Positions 1-9,679 of a DNA stretch of 47,804 bases are shown piece by piece. Each line of letters opens with the position of its first letter. Position 1 is the stretch's first letter. The notes below the pieces were generated by a model. It was not told where the DNA came from and did no database searches. It was given only the letters and a program-made list of their open reading frames with translations. Origin of the DNA: Alphaproteobacteria bacterium MarineAlpha3_Bin6 (GTDB taxonomy: Bacteria; Pseudomonadota; Alphaproteobacteria; Rhodospirillales; UBA2165); the NCBI GenBank assembly GCA_002938035.1, contig PTLH01000003.1, positions 1 to 47,804 of the forward strand. The letters run 5' to 3'. The position numbers and the translations under genes were made by a program.

Positions 1-103
1 CATGAATAAGTTCAATGTCTGTACCAAGTTCTCTTGCGATGCCAAACGTTTGGGCATTTCGGCCTGGATTATTGTCAATAAGAACGGATTTAGAATTTTC
101 CAT
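1..103 (-). CDS. N-terminal fragment of a gene running off the window edge (MENSKSVLIDNNPGRNAQTFGIARELGTDIELIH...); possibly a divergent IlvD/Edd-family dehydratase
   Basis: Manual translation: ATG at 103 with GGAG RBS upstream, open to base 1. The family call is a weak recollection only. Confidence 0.45.
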   Translation of the reverse strand, partial: MENSKSVLIDNNPGRNAQTFGIARELGTDIELIH

Positions 104-239
104 AACAGAAGCTCCGAAAGATTTGATCTTTAATAATTGTAGCTAATTACGTCTTCGCACCATCTTTGATGGACTACGGATTGCACTTTTCTCCCGATGG
201 GATTGACCAAGTGATCCTCATAAATTTGGAAATGATCTA

Positions 240-1727
240 TCATTCTTCTTTGGTTCCTTTGTTTTTTTTAAATGAGAATGCAATTATTGAGATTATGCAT
301 ATCAGGATTACAACGGAAACGGGTCTACCCAATATAAAGCTAAGAGGTTGATAATCAGATATTATAAGGAGGTTTCTCATACCATCTTCTGCGATGGGTC
401 CCAGCACCAATCCCAAAAGTACGCCCGCGGGCGAGAAATCATGTTTTTCCATAAAGTATCCAAGAACTCCTAGGGCCATCATCAACCATACGTCATAAAC
501 GTTATTGGATCCGGCATAAACTCCCACAATACTGAAAACAATTACTAAGGGTCCAATAATACCACGCGGAAATAGTGTGAGATAAGCATAGCCCCGAGCC
601 AGTATCACTGCCACAAATGCCATCAAAACATTAGCACCGATAAATCCCCACATGATTGTATAAATTACTTCCGGATGGTTCTTAAAAAGACGCATACCAG
701 GCTGAAGACCATGAATTGTAAGAGCGCCCAATATCACTGCAGCAGAAATACCACCTGGAATTCCCAAAACAAACATTGGTATTAGAGAAGTTCCGGTAAC
801 GCCATTATTTGACCCTTCTGTGGCCGCTAGTCCCTTTATCTCACCTTTTCCAAATTGATCGCCGGGTTTGGCCCTTCGTATTTCCCATGAGTAGGCAATC
901 CACTGGGCTATACTTCCTCCAGCAGCAGGAATGATACCAACTACCAAACCGCACAACCAACCTCTGCAAAGTGACCACTTTACCGGTGCAATATCAGACA
1001 ATGTTGGCCATATACGCCAGGATAATTTTTTTAATCCAGATATATTGGTGTGAGGATCTCCCTCGCATAGTTGCAAACCCTGGGCAAAGGCAAATAAACC
1101 GATAATCGTTGGCATTATGCCAATACCGCTTTCAAGGCCGATAAAGTCAAAGGTGAAACGAGGAAAACTTGAAAAATGATCAACACCCACTGTGCTTAGG
1201 CAAAGTCCCAATAATCCCGAAATCAGACCTTTCCAAACTGAACCAAAAGAAACTGACGCGATTGCTGAAAGACCTAATAGAGCAATCAAAAAATATTCGG
1301 CTGGACCAAACCATAAAGATACCTGCGCCAATGGTCGGGACAATAAAAGGAGGGCGAAGCCACTTAGCAATCCACCTATCACAGATGCAAAAGCTGAAAT
1401 CCGAATCGCCTCTATAGCCTTTCCGCGTTTAGTTAATTCGTAACCCTCAATTGCGGAAGCTGCCGACGCAGATGTTCCTGGAGCCCGCAAGAGGATAGCT
1501 GAAAACGAACCACCGTAAATACCCGCTGCAAAACAGGATACCATCAGTATTAACGCTGTCTCCGGACTGAAAGAGAATGAAACAGGTATCAGCAAGGCAA
1601 TTGCCATTGGAGGGCTTAACCCTGGTATAGCTCCGATAATCAACCCCACCGAAACCCCAAGAAGCATAGCCAATAAATTATTCAGGGACAGAATATTGAC
1701 TAAATAAATTAAACTATCATCGATCAA
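240..1727 (-). CDS. tctA: Tripartite tricarboxylate transporter large permease TctA
   Basis: 495 aa, highly hydrophobic; motifs GAIPGL, YGGSFSAILLRAPGT, ATEGSNN, IPMFVLGIPG. Confidence 0.95.
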   Translation of the reverse strand: MIDDSLIYLVNILSLNNLLAMLLGVSVGLIIGAIPGLSPPMAIALLIPVSFSFSPETALILMVSCFAAGIYGGSFSAILLRAPGTSASAASAIEGYELTKRGKAIEAIRISAFASVIGGLLSGFALLLLSRPLAQVSLWFGPAEYFLIALLGLSAIASVSFGSVWKGLISGLLGLCLSTVGVDHFSSFPRFTFDFIGLESGIGIMPTIIGLFAFAQGLQLCEGDPHTNISGLKKLSWRIWPTLSDIAPVKWSLCRGWLCGLVVGIIPAAGGSIAQWIAYSWEIRRAKPGDQFGKGEIKGLAATEGSNNGVTGTSLIPMFVLGIPGGISAAVILGALTIHGLQPGMRLFKNHPEVIYTIMWGFIGANVLMAFVAVILARGYAYLTLFPRGIIGPLVIVFSIVGVYAGSNNVYDVWLMMALGVLGYFMEKHDFSPAGVLLGLVLGPIAEDGMRNLLIISDYQPLSFILGRPVSVVILICIISIIAFSFKKNKGTKEE

Positions 1728-1775
1728 AGTTCCCCCTCCCAGGGATTCTACTTAGTTTTTTCCAAAGTTGATCGG

Positions 1776-2213
1776 CTATATGATCAAACCTCGAGGCAGA
1801 CCTGCCTGAAGAAATAGTTCAAAGAAAGCATACATCATGGGTAAAGTGACAATTATGGTCAATATGACCGCCTTTGAATTGCGAACACCAACTAAGAAAC
1901 ATCCTAAGATGAGGAAAATCGTTGTAGAAAAATAATATCCAAGAAAAAAAATGGAAATGACGTAGAGAATTGATAGAAATAGTAAAAAAAAATGTTTGTT
2001 TGCATGATAACTAAAATCAAACCTTACTCGTTTTTTTTGCGTGCCCATTAAATCTTTTAGCAGCATTACAAACAAAATCGCTATTGCAATAGCTGCGCAG
2101 AATTGTGGCAGTTGATTTCCATCAGCTGGGAATTCATCCGAGGTTATCCAAACATATACAGAAATTGCTATCAGAATTACTGATGTCAGAATTTTTGAAA
2201 ATTTTACAGACAT
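1776..2213 (-). CDS. tctB: Tripartite tricarboxylate transporter small permease TctB
   Basis: 145 aa with about 4 TM; C-terminal F..FLQAGLPRG; lies between tctC and tctA. Confidence 0.9.
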   Translation of the reverse strand: MSVKFSKILTSVILIAISVYVWITSDEFPADGNQLPQFCAAIAIAILFVMLLKDLMGTQKKRVRFDFSYHANKHFFLLFLSILYVISIFFLGYYFSTTIFLILGCFLVGVRNSKAVILTIIVTLPMMYAFFELFLQAGLPRGLII

Positions 2214-2307
2214 CGATTTGAGATCATTGTTTTACAGTTTTTCTTCACAATGATTAGCCTCAATTAAACTTTTAAATTATTTAGAACCGTACTGGCTTTG
2301 CCAAGAT

Positions 2308-2346
2308 GACTACAGCGCCTGATCTTGATGACTAGGCGCTGTAGTC
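2308..2346 (-). promoter_or_regulatory. Perfect 13-bp stem-loop between tctC and tctB (mRNA-stabilising or attenuating hairpin)
   Basis: GACTACAGCGCCT (2308-2320) pairs with AGGCGCTGTAGTC (2334-2346), 13-nt loop; no U-tract follows on the - strand. Confidence 0.65.
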
Positions 2347-2362
2347 TTAAGCATTTTTTTGT

Positions 2363-3349
2363 CTATTTTGGCAAATCCCAAAATTTTACTTTCCCAACTG
2401 TAGCAGCAAGTGCGGTCAGAAAATCCTTCAGTTTTGTACCATCCACTTTCCAAAGAGTGTTGTGACCCCTAAGCTCTCGAACGCCGTATTCGGGGGTATC
2501 CATCGCCTTTTGGATGGCCGCAGTTAGTATCTTGTTTTTTTCATCTGGCAATCCCGGAGCAGCCACTAAAACCCTCGCAGCGAAATTATAATTCTTCACT
2601 CCTGAAGCCTCTTCGAATGTAGGGACTGTTGGCAAATGGTTTGATCTTTGTTTTGCCAGCACCGCCAGTGGACGCAGCTTACCTTCCAGCATATGAGGCA
2701 CAAAATAACTGATATTACCTCCTACCGCGTCAGCAGTTTTGCCGTAAAGTTCCTGCAATTTTTTGGCATCGTTATTGCCAAAAATCTTCTTCACCTTGAA
2801 ACCCGGAATGAATTTTTCTGCAAAGGCGACAGCTTGATGATCATCGCTTCCAAAGCCGCCGACGCTAATTTTGATCTCATTTGGGTGAGTTTTGACATAG
2901 GCGATAAATTCTGGAAGTGTCTGAAATCTTTTATCACCTTCCCTTACAAGCCATGTGCAGGGATCAATACTATGACCAGTCAGGAAATTGAAAGAATCAA
3001 GGTTATTCTTATTTTTCATTTTTGGATTGAGATAGGAAAGCATGTGAGGGAAATTTACCCATCCAATGGTATGATCATCTTTCTTGGGATCCCATTTCGC
3101 CATTTTTGACCAGGCGACCCATCCGCCACCGCCACCCATATTGATAACCTTTACAGGTACACCCAGTGTTTTAGAGAGATAGGGCGCAAAAAGTCGGGCA
3201 GTCCTGTCTGTCCCACCACCGGGTTTCCAAGGAACTACCATTGTAATGGGTCCCTTTGGGTATTGTTCAGCTTTAATTTCCGTTGCCGTAAATACTACCG
3301 ACAACGCGACGGCAATAAACACGACTTTTGACTGAAAATTGGAATACAT
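2363..3349 (-). CDS. tctC: Tripartite tricarboxylate transporter substrate-binding protein TctC (Bug family)
   Basis: Signal peptide, then YPKGPITMVVPWKPGGGTD, GFGSDDH, LRPLAV...LPTVPTF; start set at ATG 3349 after an AGGAGG RBS. Confidence 0.92.
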   Translation of the reverse strand: MYSNFQSKVVFIAVALSVVFTATEIKAEQYPKGPITMVVPWKPGGGTDRTARLFAPYLSKTLGVPVKVINMGGGGGWVAWSKMAKWDPKKDDHTIGWVNFPHMLSYLNPKMKNKNNLDSFNFLTGHSIDPCTWLVREGDKRFQTLPEFIAYVKTHPNEIKISVGGFGSDDHQAVAFAEKFIPGFKVKKIFGNNDAKKLQELYGKTADAVGGNISYFVPHMLEGKLRPLAVLAKQRSNHLPTVPTFEEASGVKNYNFAARVLVAAPGLPDEKNKILTAAIQKAMDTPEYGVRELRGHNTLWKVDGTKLKDFLTALAATVGKVKFWDLPK

Positions 3350-3424
3350 ATCATGCCTCCTGTTTATTATTGATGCAGTTAGGTTAGCCATTAAGCGTTC
3401 GTGTCGTCAACCTACCCTCAGACC

Positions 3425-4564
3425 TTACCTCAACTGCGGCATCACTTCCTTAGAGAACAACTCCAGGTTTTTGACGGTTAATTCGTGGGGCAGGGTGCCA
3501 AATTGTAGTGTACAGACGATATGTTCCAGGCCAACTTGGTCATGACATTCCCCCAGAATTTCCTGAACAGTATTGGGACTACCGCAAATGAACATACGGT
3601 TATCCATAAGGCGGCTTATTTCCCGTCCGCCGCTCAGCATTTCCCGCTTAGCTTCTGCAATTTTTTTCATAGATTTGAGAGTTGTATATCCTGGTGGTAG
3701 CAGCATCTCGTTGGTCATACGTAAGAACTTATTATAAAAAGCTTCAATGTGGGGTTTGGCCTCTTTAAGAGCGATCTCATCAGTTTCTCCCACGTAGATG
3801 GGTACAGCCCAACCAAGCTGTTCCCCGCTCGCTTCATAATTCCATTCTTTTTCTGCGATATCCCTATACATTTGGAAGAAAGTTGAAACGGCTTCAAAAG
3901 GACTATAGGTGTTGAGATATACATATTTGCGGGTAGGTTCAGAAGCCCAACGAATTGTTTCTTCACTGCCCTGGGAGGGGATCCAGACTGGAGGATGTGG
4001 CTGCTGAAATGGGCGTGGCCACGTATTAACGTATTCGAAGTGATAGTGATCACCTTCGAAGGGGAATGGGCCAGTCTTGGTCCAGGCCTCGATGATGAGA
4101 TCGTGAGCTTCTTGGAAGCGTTCTAGTGAAAATGCAGGGTTCACACCAGTTGCATGATATTCTACGCCAATTCCTCGTACGAACCCTGAGATTAACCGCC
4201 CGCCGCTTATGTTATCGATCATGGCGTATTCCTCGGCAATGGTCAGAGGATTATTGACCAATGGCAAAGCTCGGCCTAATACCGCAATTTTGGCTTGCGT
4301 CGTGGTGCGTGCCAGTGCACCTGCAATAACTCCAGGCGACGGCATCAGCCCGTAGGCGGTCTGATGATGCTCGTTAACGCACACACCGTCATACCCGAGT
4401 GCATCTGCAAGTTCGAGTTCATCCAGATAGCGCCGGTAGAGTTTGTTTCCTTCTTTGGGGTTAAAATAGCTGTTGGGGAGAACCAAACTGGCAGAGGAGT
4501 ATTTTTTATCATAGTCCAAATCCAATGGGCCGTAAGGCATTAGGCCAAAATAATAGAATTTCAT
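3425..4564 (-). CDS. LLM-class (luciferase-like) flavin-dependent monooxygenase
   Basis: ADALGYDGVCVNEHH, AEEYAMIDNISGGRL, GFVRG, PRPFQQPHPPVW, ICGSPNTV. Confidence 0.92.
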   Translation of the reverse strand: MKFYYFGLMPYGPLDLDYDKKYSSASLVLPNSYFNPKEGNKLYRRYLDELELADALGYDGVCVNEHHQTAYGLMPSPGVIAGALARTTTQAKIAVLGRALPLVNNPLTIAEEYAMIDNISGGRLISGFVRGIGVEYHATGVNPAFSLERFQEAHDLIIEAWTKTGPFPFEGDHYHFEYVNTWPRPFQQPHPPVWIPSQGSEETIRWASEPTRKYVYLNTYSPFEAVSTFFQMYRDIAEKEWNYEASGEQLGWAVPIYVGETDEIALKEAKPHIEAFYNKFLRMTNEMLLPPGYTTLKSMKKIAEAKREMLSGGREISRLMDNRMFICGSPNTVQEILGECHDQVGLEHIVCTLQFGTLPHELTVKNLELFSKEVMPQLR

Positions 4565-5346
4565 GAGTTTGTTTCCGACAAAAACGATTTTAAACTATGG
4601 TAAAATGCTTCCGGCTGATCCATGTGAGGTACGTGTCCGCAGTCTTTGAGAATTTGTGTTTGAGCATGTGGGATCAGGTTTTTGAATGCAGATGCATACT
4701 CGACAGGAAAGATTTTGTCCTGATCGCCCCAGATAATTAACGTAGGTACATCGATACGATGGAGCCACTTTTCAAGGTCGGGGTTATAAAACCGGGGGTG
4801 CCAAGCGTATCTGGCAGCGGCAACACGGTTTTTAACCATAAACTCCAGCTCTTCGCTAGTCGGTTCTTGCGACAAAATATCATTGATAATATCCTGATTA
4901 ACATAAAGGTTTCTGACGAGTTCTTCCGGGGACCAGAGGAATGGATCACCCTTGGGCACTCCTTTAACGTGAATGCCTGCCGACGAAACTAATGCGATAC
5001 TTTTCACGTTAGTAGTAGAGCGGATGGCTATTTCTGCGGCGATCCAACCTCCCAAAGAAAACCCCACTAGGTGAATGTCTTTAAGGCCTAATTCCTGGAT
5101 GAAATCCAAGTAGTAGAACGCTAGGTCAGAAACCGAACTTAACCGTTTGGACTGGTCGGAGAGCCCGAAGCCGGGATGGTCTGGTAGGAGGACATCAAAA
5201 TCTTCGGCAAGTTTTGAGGCTAATTCCTTTAAATTAGCCGACCCACCAGCGCCATGAAGTAAAAGCAAGGTCTGACCAGAACCGCCACGGGATATATGAA
5301 CCATAGCGTCATAAATTTCTAATTGATGGTTGTCCTGAGTAGCCAA
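4561..5346 (-). CDS. Alpha/beta-fold hydrolase (MhpC/esterase-lactonase-like)
   Basis: LLLHGAGG, PDHPGFG, nucleophile GFSLGG, WGDQD, CGHVPH; overlaps the LLM start by 4 bp (ATGA). Confidence 0.92.
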   Translation of the reverse strand: MATQDNHQLEIYDAMVHISRGGSGQTLLLLHGAGGSANLKELASKLAEDFDVLLPDHPGFGLSDQSKRLSSVSDLAFYYLDFIQELGLKDIHLVGFSLGGWIAAEIAIRSTTNVKSIALVSSAGIHVKGVPKGDPFLWSPEELVRNLYVNQDIINDILSQEPTSEELEFMVKNRVAAARYAWHPRFYNPDLEKWLHRIDVPTLIIWGDQDKIFPVEYASAFKNLIPHAQTQILKDCGHVPHMDQPEAFYHSLKSFLSETNS

Positions 5347-5655
5347 AACCGTCTCCCAAAACGATTACTTCGCTCACCGCATCTTATAACTTAAATTCCG
5401 TATAGTCAGGCGCGTCAGTCGAATTTTGATCTCCAGAAAATGATACATAAAATGAGGTTCAAGAAAGAGTTAATTTGCAACGTGATTGCTACCTGAAAAT
5501 CATAGTTTCCCGAAACAATGAACCCTTCCAACAAAAGAGGGGTGAGTCAAAGCCGGGAATGACCAAAGACCGATTGTATGCCGATGTCTTATTTCCTATG
5601 TATTATGATTAATTTGGAAGATTACTCCGCAAAATTTTTCTGTATTAGTCCTCTA

Positions 5656-6552
5656 ATGAAACAAACCTTGTCTCTGATTTGTACGCTTGCTGCTACCCTC
5701 ATCTGGGGAACCACCTTTATTGCTCAAGATCAGGGAATGGGGCATATTGGGCCCCTTACATTCAACGCTGTTAGGTTCTTCTTTGGTTTCCTGGTTTTAT
5801 TACCATTAGCATTCATTTTTGAATTTAGTTTAACGAATATTCAGATTATTACCGAAAAACGGGTTATACCCAATTTGATTTATATAGGATTATTCCTATT
5901 CTTGGGTAGTATTTTGCAGCAGTACTCACTTTTGTATACCGACGTTGCGAACTCTGCATTCTTTACTATTTTGTATGTTGCTTTTGTTCCTTTAATCGCC
6001 TTTTTCCTATACTCAAAAAGAATCCACTGGTCAGTGTGGCCTTCAATTTTAGCGTGTTTGATCGGCGGTTACTTTTTAAGTGAATTTAGCAATGCAATTG
6101 TGAGAAAAGGCGACACTTTGGTCGTCGTAGGGGCCTTATTTTGGGGTTTACATATTGTCTTTATTTCAAAAATTCTTTTAATTTTTAATTTTCCATTATT
6201 AATAGCTTCAATTCAGTGTTTAGTAGTTGCGATTTTATCTTTTATTCTTGCTCTAATTTTTGAGGAATTTTTAATTCAAAACATCCAATTAGAAATTTCA
6301 GAAATTCTATATGCCGGAATATTGTCGAGTGGTTTTGGTTTCCTGTTACAAATTTATGGGCAAAGATTTATTTCTCCTGCACCGGTAGCAATTATATTTT
6401 CCATGGAGGGTGTGTTTGCTGCTATAGCTGCGTGGTTTTTTCTGGAACAGATACTCAACTTTGATCAGATTTTGGGATGTTTTTTTATACTGTTGGGGGT
6501 CTTGATTTCCCAATTGTGTCCTATGATTAGTCGCAAATACTCTTCAGATTAG
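5656..6552 (+). CDS. DMT/EamA family transporter
   Basis: IWGTTFIAQ, GP.TFNAVRF, QIYGQR, EGVFAAI; about 10 TM; start set at MKQTLSL. Confidence 0.9.
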   Translation: MKQTLSLICTLAATLIWGTTFIAQDQGMGHIGPLTFNAVRFFFGFLVLLPLAFIFEFSLTNIQIITEKRVIPNLIYIGLFLFLGSILQQYSLLYTDVANSAFFTILYVAFVPLIAFFLYSKRIHWSVWPSILACLIGGYFLSEFSNAIVRKGDTLVVVGALFWGLHIVFISKILLIFNFPLLIASIQCLVVAILSFILALIFEEFLIQNIQLEISEILYAGILSSGFGFLLQIYGQRFISPAPVAIIFSMEGVFAAIAAWFFLEQILNFDQILGCFFILLGVLISQLCPMISRKYSSD

Positions 6553-6720
6553 GAATTTCATATTTTTAGAGATAATGCTAGGCGTATAGAATACACTAGA
6601 GATCACAACAGGCACTCAGACCAAATCTTTCTGTTTCAGTGCTAATGTCCGCCTAAGTTTGACATTCACGGGGCGATCCTTGTGCTGCACTAAAAACTTT
6701 AATGCGGTCTCAATAATATT

Positions 6721-8052
6721 TTATTCAATAGCCAATAAACTTGGAATTATTAAGGTTAGGGAGGGGACGGAAATTATCAAAGCTATTCTGATGAAGTCCG
6801 ACGTTATGAAAGGAACTACACCCTTAAAAGTATCAATCATGGGAACGTCTTTAGCCATAGAATTAATGACAAAGACGTTCAGGCCTACGGGTGGAGTAAT
6901 GAGCCCCATCTCCACGACGATCAACGAAATAATACCAAACCAGAGTTTGAGATCTTCACCTTCGAACCCAAATCCAAAATCAAGGCCTGCAATAATTGGC
7001 CAGAAAATGGGTACTGTAAGTAAAATCATGGACAAACTATCCATGACAAAACCCAATAAGATATAAAGGGCTATCATACCGAGCAGTATGGTGAATGGTG
7101 AGAAACCGGAATGTTGGAAGAAGTCTGCAGCAAAATTAGGAAGTTCAGAAAATCCTAAAAAAGCATTGAAGATGGCCGCGCCTAGGAGGATTAAGAAAAT
7201 CATCGCGGTGGTTTGCCCAGTGCTTATAAGAGCGTCAAAAAACCCCTGGAGACGCATTTTTCCTTTGGTGATGGCAATGATAAATGCGCCCACCGCTCCT
7301 ACGCCGGCACCTTCGGTGGGAGTAAATATGCCTGCATAGATACCGCCCATAACAAGTATAAAAATTGCGATAACCGGCCAAATTTCTGCTAAAGCTGCCC
7401 ATTTGACCGAACGTGTTTGGCGTTCTCCTGCTGGTCCAGCGTCAGGATTGATCCGGACTACAATAGCGATGGTTAGGATGTATCCAAGAGCAGCAAGTAC
7501 CCCTGGTATAAAGGCTGCTTGAAATAAGGCGGCGACGCTTGCTTCTACCATTACTGCGTAAATAATTAAAATTAGGGACGGTGGAATCAGTATTCCCAGT
7601 GTTCCGCCAGCGGCCAACGCGCCTGTGGCCAGTGAGCCGGAATAGTTAAAACGCCTTAATTCCGGAAGTGCAACTTGTCCCATTGTCGCTGCTGTTGCTA
7701 GCGACGATCCTGTAATTGCCCCAAAACCAGCGCAACCACCAACCGCAGCCATAGCAACGCCACCTCTATGATGTCCCAACCAAACATTCGCAGCATTAAA
7801 TAGAGCCTGACTGAGACCGGCCTTTGCAGCAAATTGCCCCATAAGAATAAAAAGGGGTACAACCGATAAAATATCTGAGGTAAAGCGCCAATACGTCTCC
7901 GTTTTTAAATAACTTAATAGTGCTACTGGGCCGGCAATCGTAACATACCCCACCATCCCGACACTTATCATGGCCACGCCTATCGGGATGCGTACTGCGA
8001 GCAGAAGTAACAGAATACCGAAACCTGATACACCAATTTCAAAGTCACTCAT
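6721..8052 (-). CDS. dctM: TRAP transporter large permease DctM
   Basis: VPLFILMG, GSSLATAATMG, GGTLGILIPPS, FTPTEG, ITPPVGLNVFV. Confidence 0.95.
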   Translation of the reverse strand: MSDFEIGVSGFGILLLLLAVRIPIGVAMISVGMVGYVTIAGPVALLSYLKTETYWRFTSDILSVVPLFILMGQFAAKAGLSQALFNAANVWLGHHRGGVAMAAVGGCAGFGAITGSSLATAATMGQVALPELRRFNYSGSLATGALAAGGTLGILIPPSLILIIYAVMVEASVAALFQAAFIPGVLAALGYILTIAIVVRINPDAGPAGERQTRSVKWAALAEIWPVIAIFILVMGGIYAGIFTPTEGAGVGAVGAFIIAITKGKMRLQGFFDALISTGQTTAMIFLILLGAAIFNAFLGFSELPNFAADFFQHSGFSPFTILLGMIALYILLGFVMDSLSMILLTVPIFWPIIAGLDFGFGFEGEDLKLWFGIISLIVVEMGLITPPVGLNVFVINSMAKDVPMIDTFKGVVPFITSDFIRIALIISVPSLTLIIPSLLAIE

Positions 8053-8066
8053 GTTTTGCGTCTCGG

Positions 8067-8603
8067 TTATTCGTTGAAGTAGCGGTTTGCTCTAGTTTCG
8101 GCAATGCTACGGCCGAGTGTATAGATGATGATAATAACCAGAAAACTCATGAAAACTATTGAGATAGGAAATGTGCTCCATCGGGGAAATCCAATGGTCA
8201 TAGAGACTTCGTTGACGTCGTGCATATCTATCGCACCATAGATCATTCGCCAGGTTAACATTAATCCGATCGCTAAAAAGATGAGGCCCGCAATAATGTC
8301 TGCAATTGTTTTTGCTCTTGTGGGGGCGTTATTCATGAAAAAGTCGACCAGGACGTTACCACGCATAAGCTGGCAATAGGGCAAGCAGGCAAACACCGCA
8401 ACACCCGTGCCTATGGCGACCAACTCAAAATCACCTGGTACGGGAGCATCTAAGAATTTGCGACCAAATACGCTAATGGTGGTTAGGATAGCAAGAATGA
8501 ACAATATCACTCCTCCAAAGACCGCCATCCATTTAGATATTAAATAAAGAACCCGGCCCACAGGATCTTTGGGCCGGGCTTTTGTGTCACCTATTTCCGA
8601 CAC
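8067..8603 (-). CDS. dctQ: TRAP transporter small permease DctQ
   Basis: 178 aa, 4 TM, VFGR, G.FELV, RGNVLVDFF; lies between dctP and dctM. Confidence 0.9.
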   Translation of the reverse strand: MSEIGDTKARPKDPVGRVLYLISKWMAVFGGVILFILAILTTISVFGRKFLDAPVPGDFELVAIGTGVAVFACLPYCQLMRGNVLVDFFMNNAPTRAKTIADIIAGLIFLAIGLMLTWRMIYGAIDMHDVNEVSMTIGFPRWSTFPISIVFMSFLVIIIIYTLGRSIAETRANRYFNE

Positions 8604-8638
8604 AATTTTATGTCAACAAACTAAGGATGATAAAATCC

Positions 8639-9679
8639 TTACTTTGAATATTTTTCAATCATTGCGCGGGCATCCTTTACCAGTGCAGGTCCGTCTACAC
8701 CAATCTTTTTCATCTCATCATACCAACGGTCAAAAACTGGCCCCGCAGCTGCCTTAAATCGGGCAACTTCTATTGCAGGTATTGTATGAAACTTATTCTT
8801 TTTCTTTGACGCAATGATTTTACGACCAGGCTCTTCAATCTTGACCCAAAGCTCTCCTGCAGCCTTCGCAATATTGCGGCCGGAATTGGCATCCAGCACG
8901 CGCTTAAGGTCATTCGGTAGCCCCTCATACTTCTTTTTATTCATCAGAAGAGTGAAAACGTTTGTGCCTAAGCGAGGTTGGTGTCCCTCTAAAATTGAAA
9001 AATGACTAACCAAATCCTGGGTTTTTACGGCTGGTGCAATTTCGTAAGGGAGTGTCACACCATCAATTACTCCCTTTGAGAGTGCGCCGGGTATACGCGG
9101 CAAGGGCATGCCGATGCCTATCGCACCAAATGCTTGTAGCATCCAAACCCCGGCCCGAGACGCAGCGCGAATTTTCATGCCTTTGAGATCTTCCATTTTT
9201 AGGACAGGCTTTTTAGTTTGAAATAAGAAACCTGCATGCACATGGAGCAACAAGGGATGATAATCTTTTAGGTCTGGTCCAAGATGTTTAGCCTGGAAAT
9301 CTTGCAGAGCCAACGTTGTGGAAACAGGATCCTTGTGAACAAATGGGAGCTCAAAAGGTTCGACGCGCGGCATTCGACCCGGAGTAAAACCGGGCAGAGT
9401 CCAGACAATATCGACAACCCCGTCTTTTGCTTGATCGAGTAGTTGGGTAGGTTTTCCACCTAGTTGCATTGTCCAAAACAACTTGACTTTGAGCTTGCCG
9501 CCAGAGTCCTTGGCAATTTTCGCTGCCCAAGGTTTATAAAACTTAGATGGATTGGCAACCGGCGGGATAAAAGTATGCCACTTTAATGTGACTGCTTGTG
9601 CGTCAGTTGGCACCCCGTTGACCGACATGCTCGCTAAAACGGCAGCAGATAAACTTAGTAGTGAGAACTTCTTAAGCAT
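8639..9679 (-). CDS. dctP: TRAP transporter substrate-binding protein DctP
   Basis: Signal peptide; MQLGG, DGVVDIVWTLPGFTPGR, FELPF, DLKGMKIR (conserved carboxylate-binding Arg), LSKGVIDG. Confidence 0.93.
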   Translation of the reverse strand: MLKKFSLLSLSAAVLASMSVNGVPTDAQAVTLKWHTFIPPVANPSKFYKPWAAKIAKDSGGKLKVKLFWTMQLGGKPTQLLDQAKDGVVDIVWTLPGFTPGRMPRVEPFELPFVHKDPVSTTLALQDFQAKHLGPDLKDYHPLLLHVHAGFLFQTKKPVLKMEDLKGMKIRAASRAGVWMLQAFGAIGIGMPLPRIPGALSKGVIDGVTLPYEIAPAVKTQDLVSHFSILEGHQPRLGTNVFTLLMNKKKYEGLPNDLKRVLDANSGRNIAKAAGELWVKIEEPGRKIIASKKKNKFHTIPAIEVARFKAAAGPVFDRWYDEMKKIGVDGPALVKDARAMIEKYSK

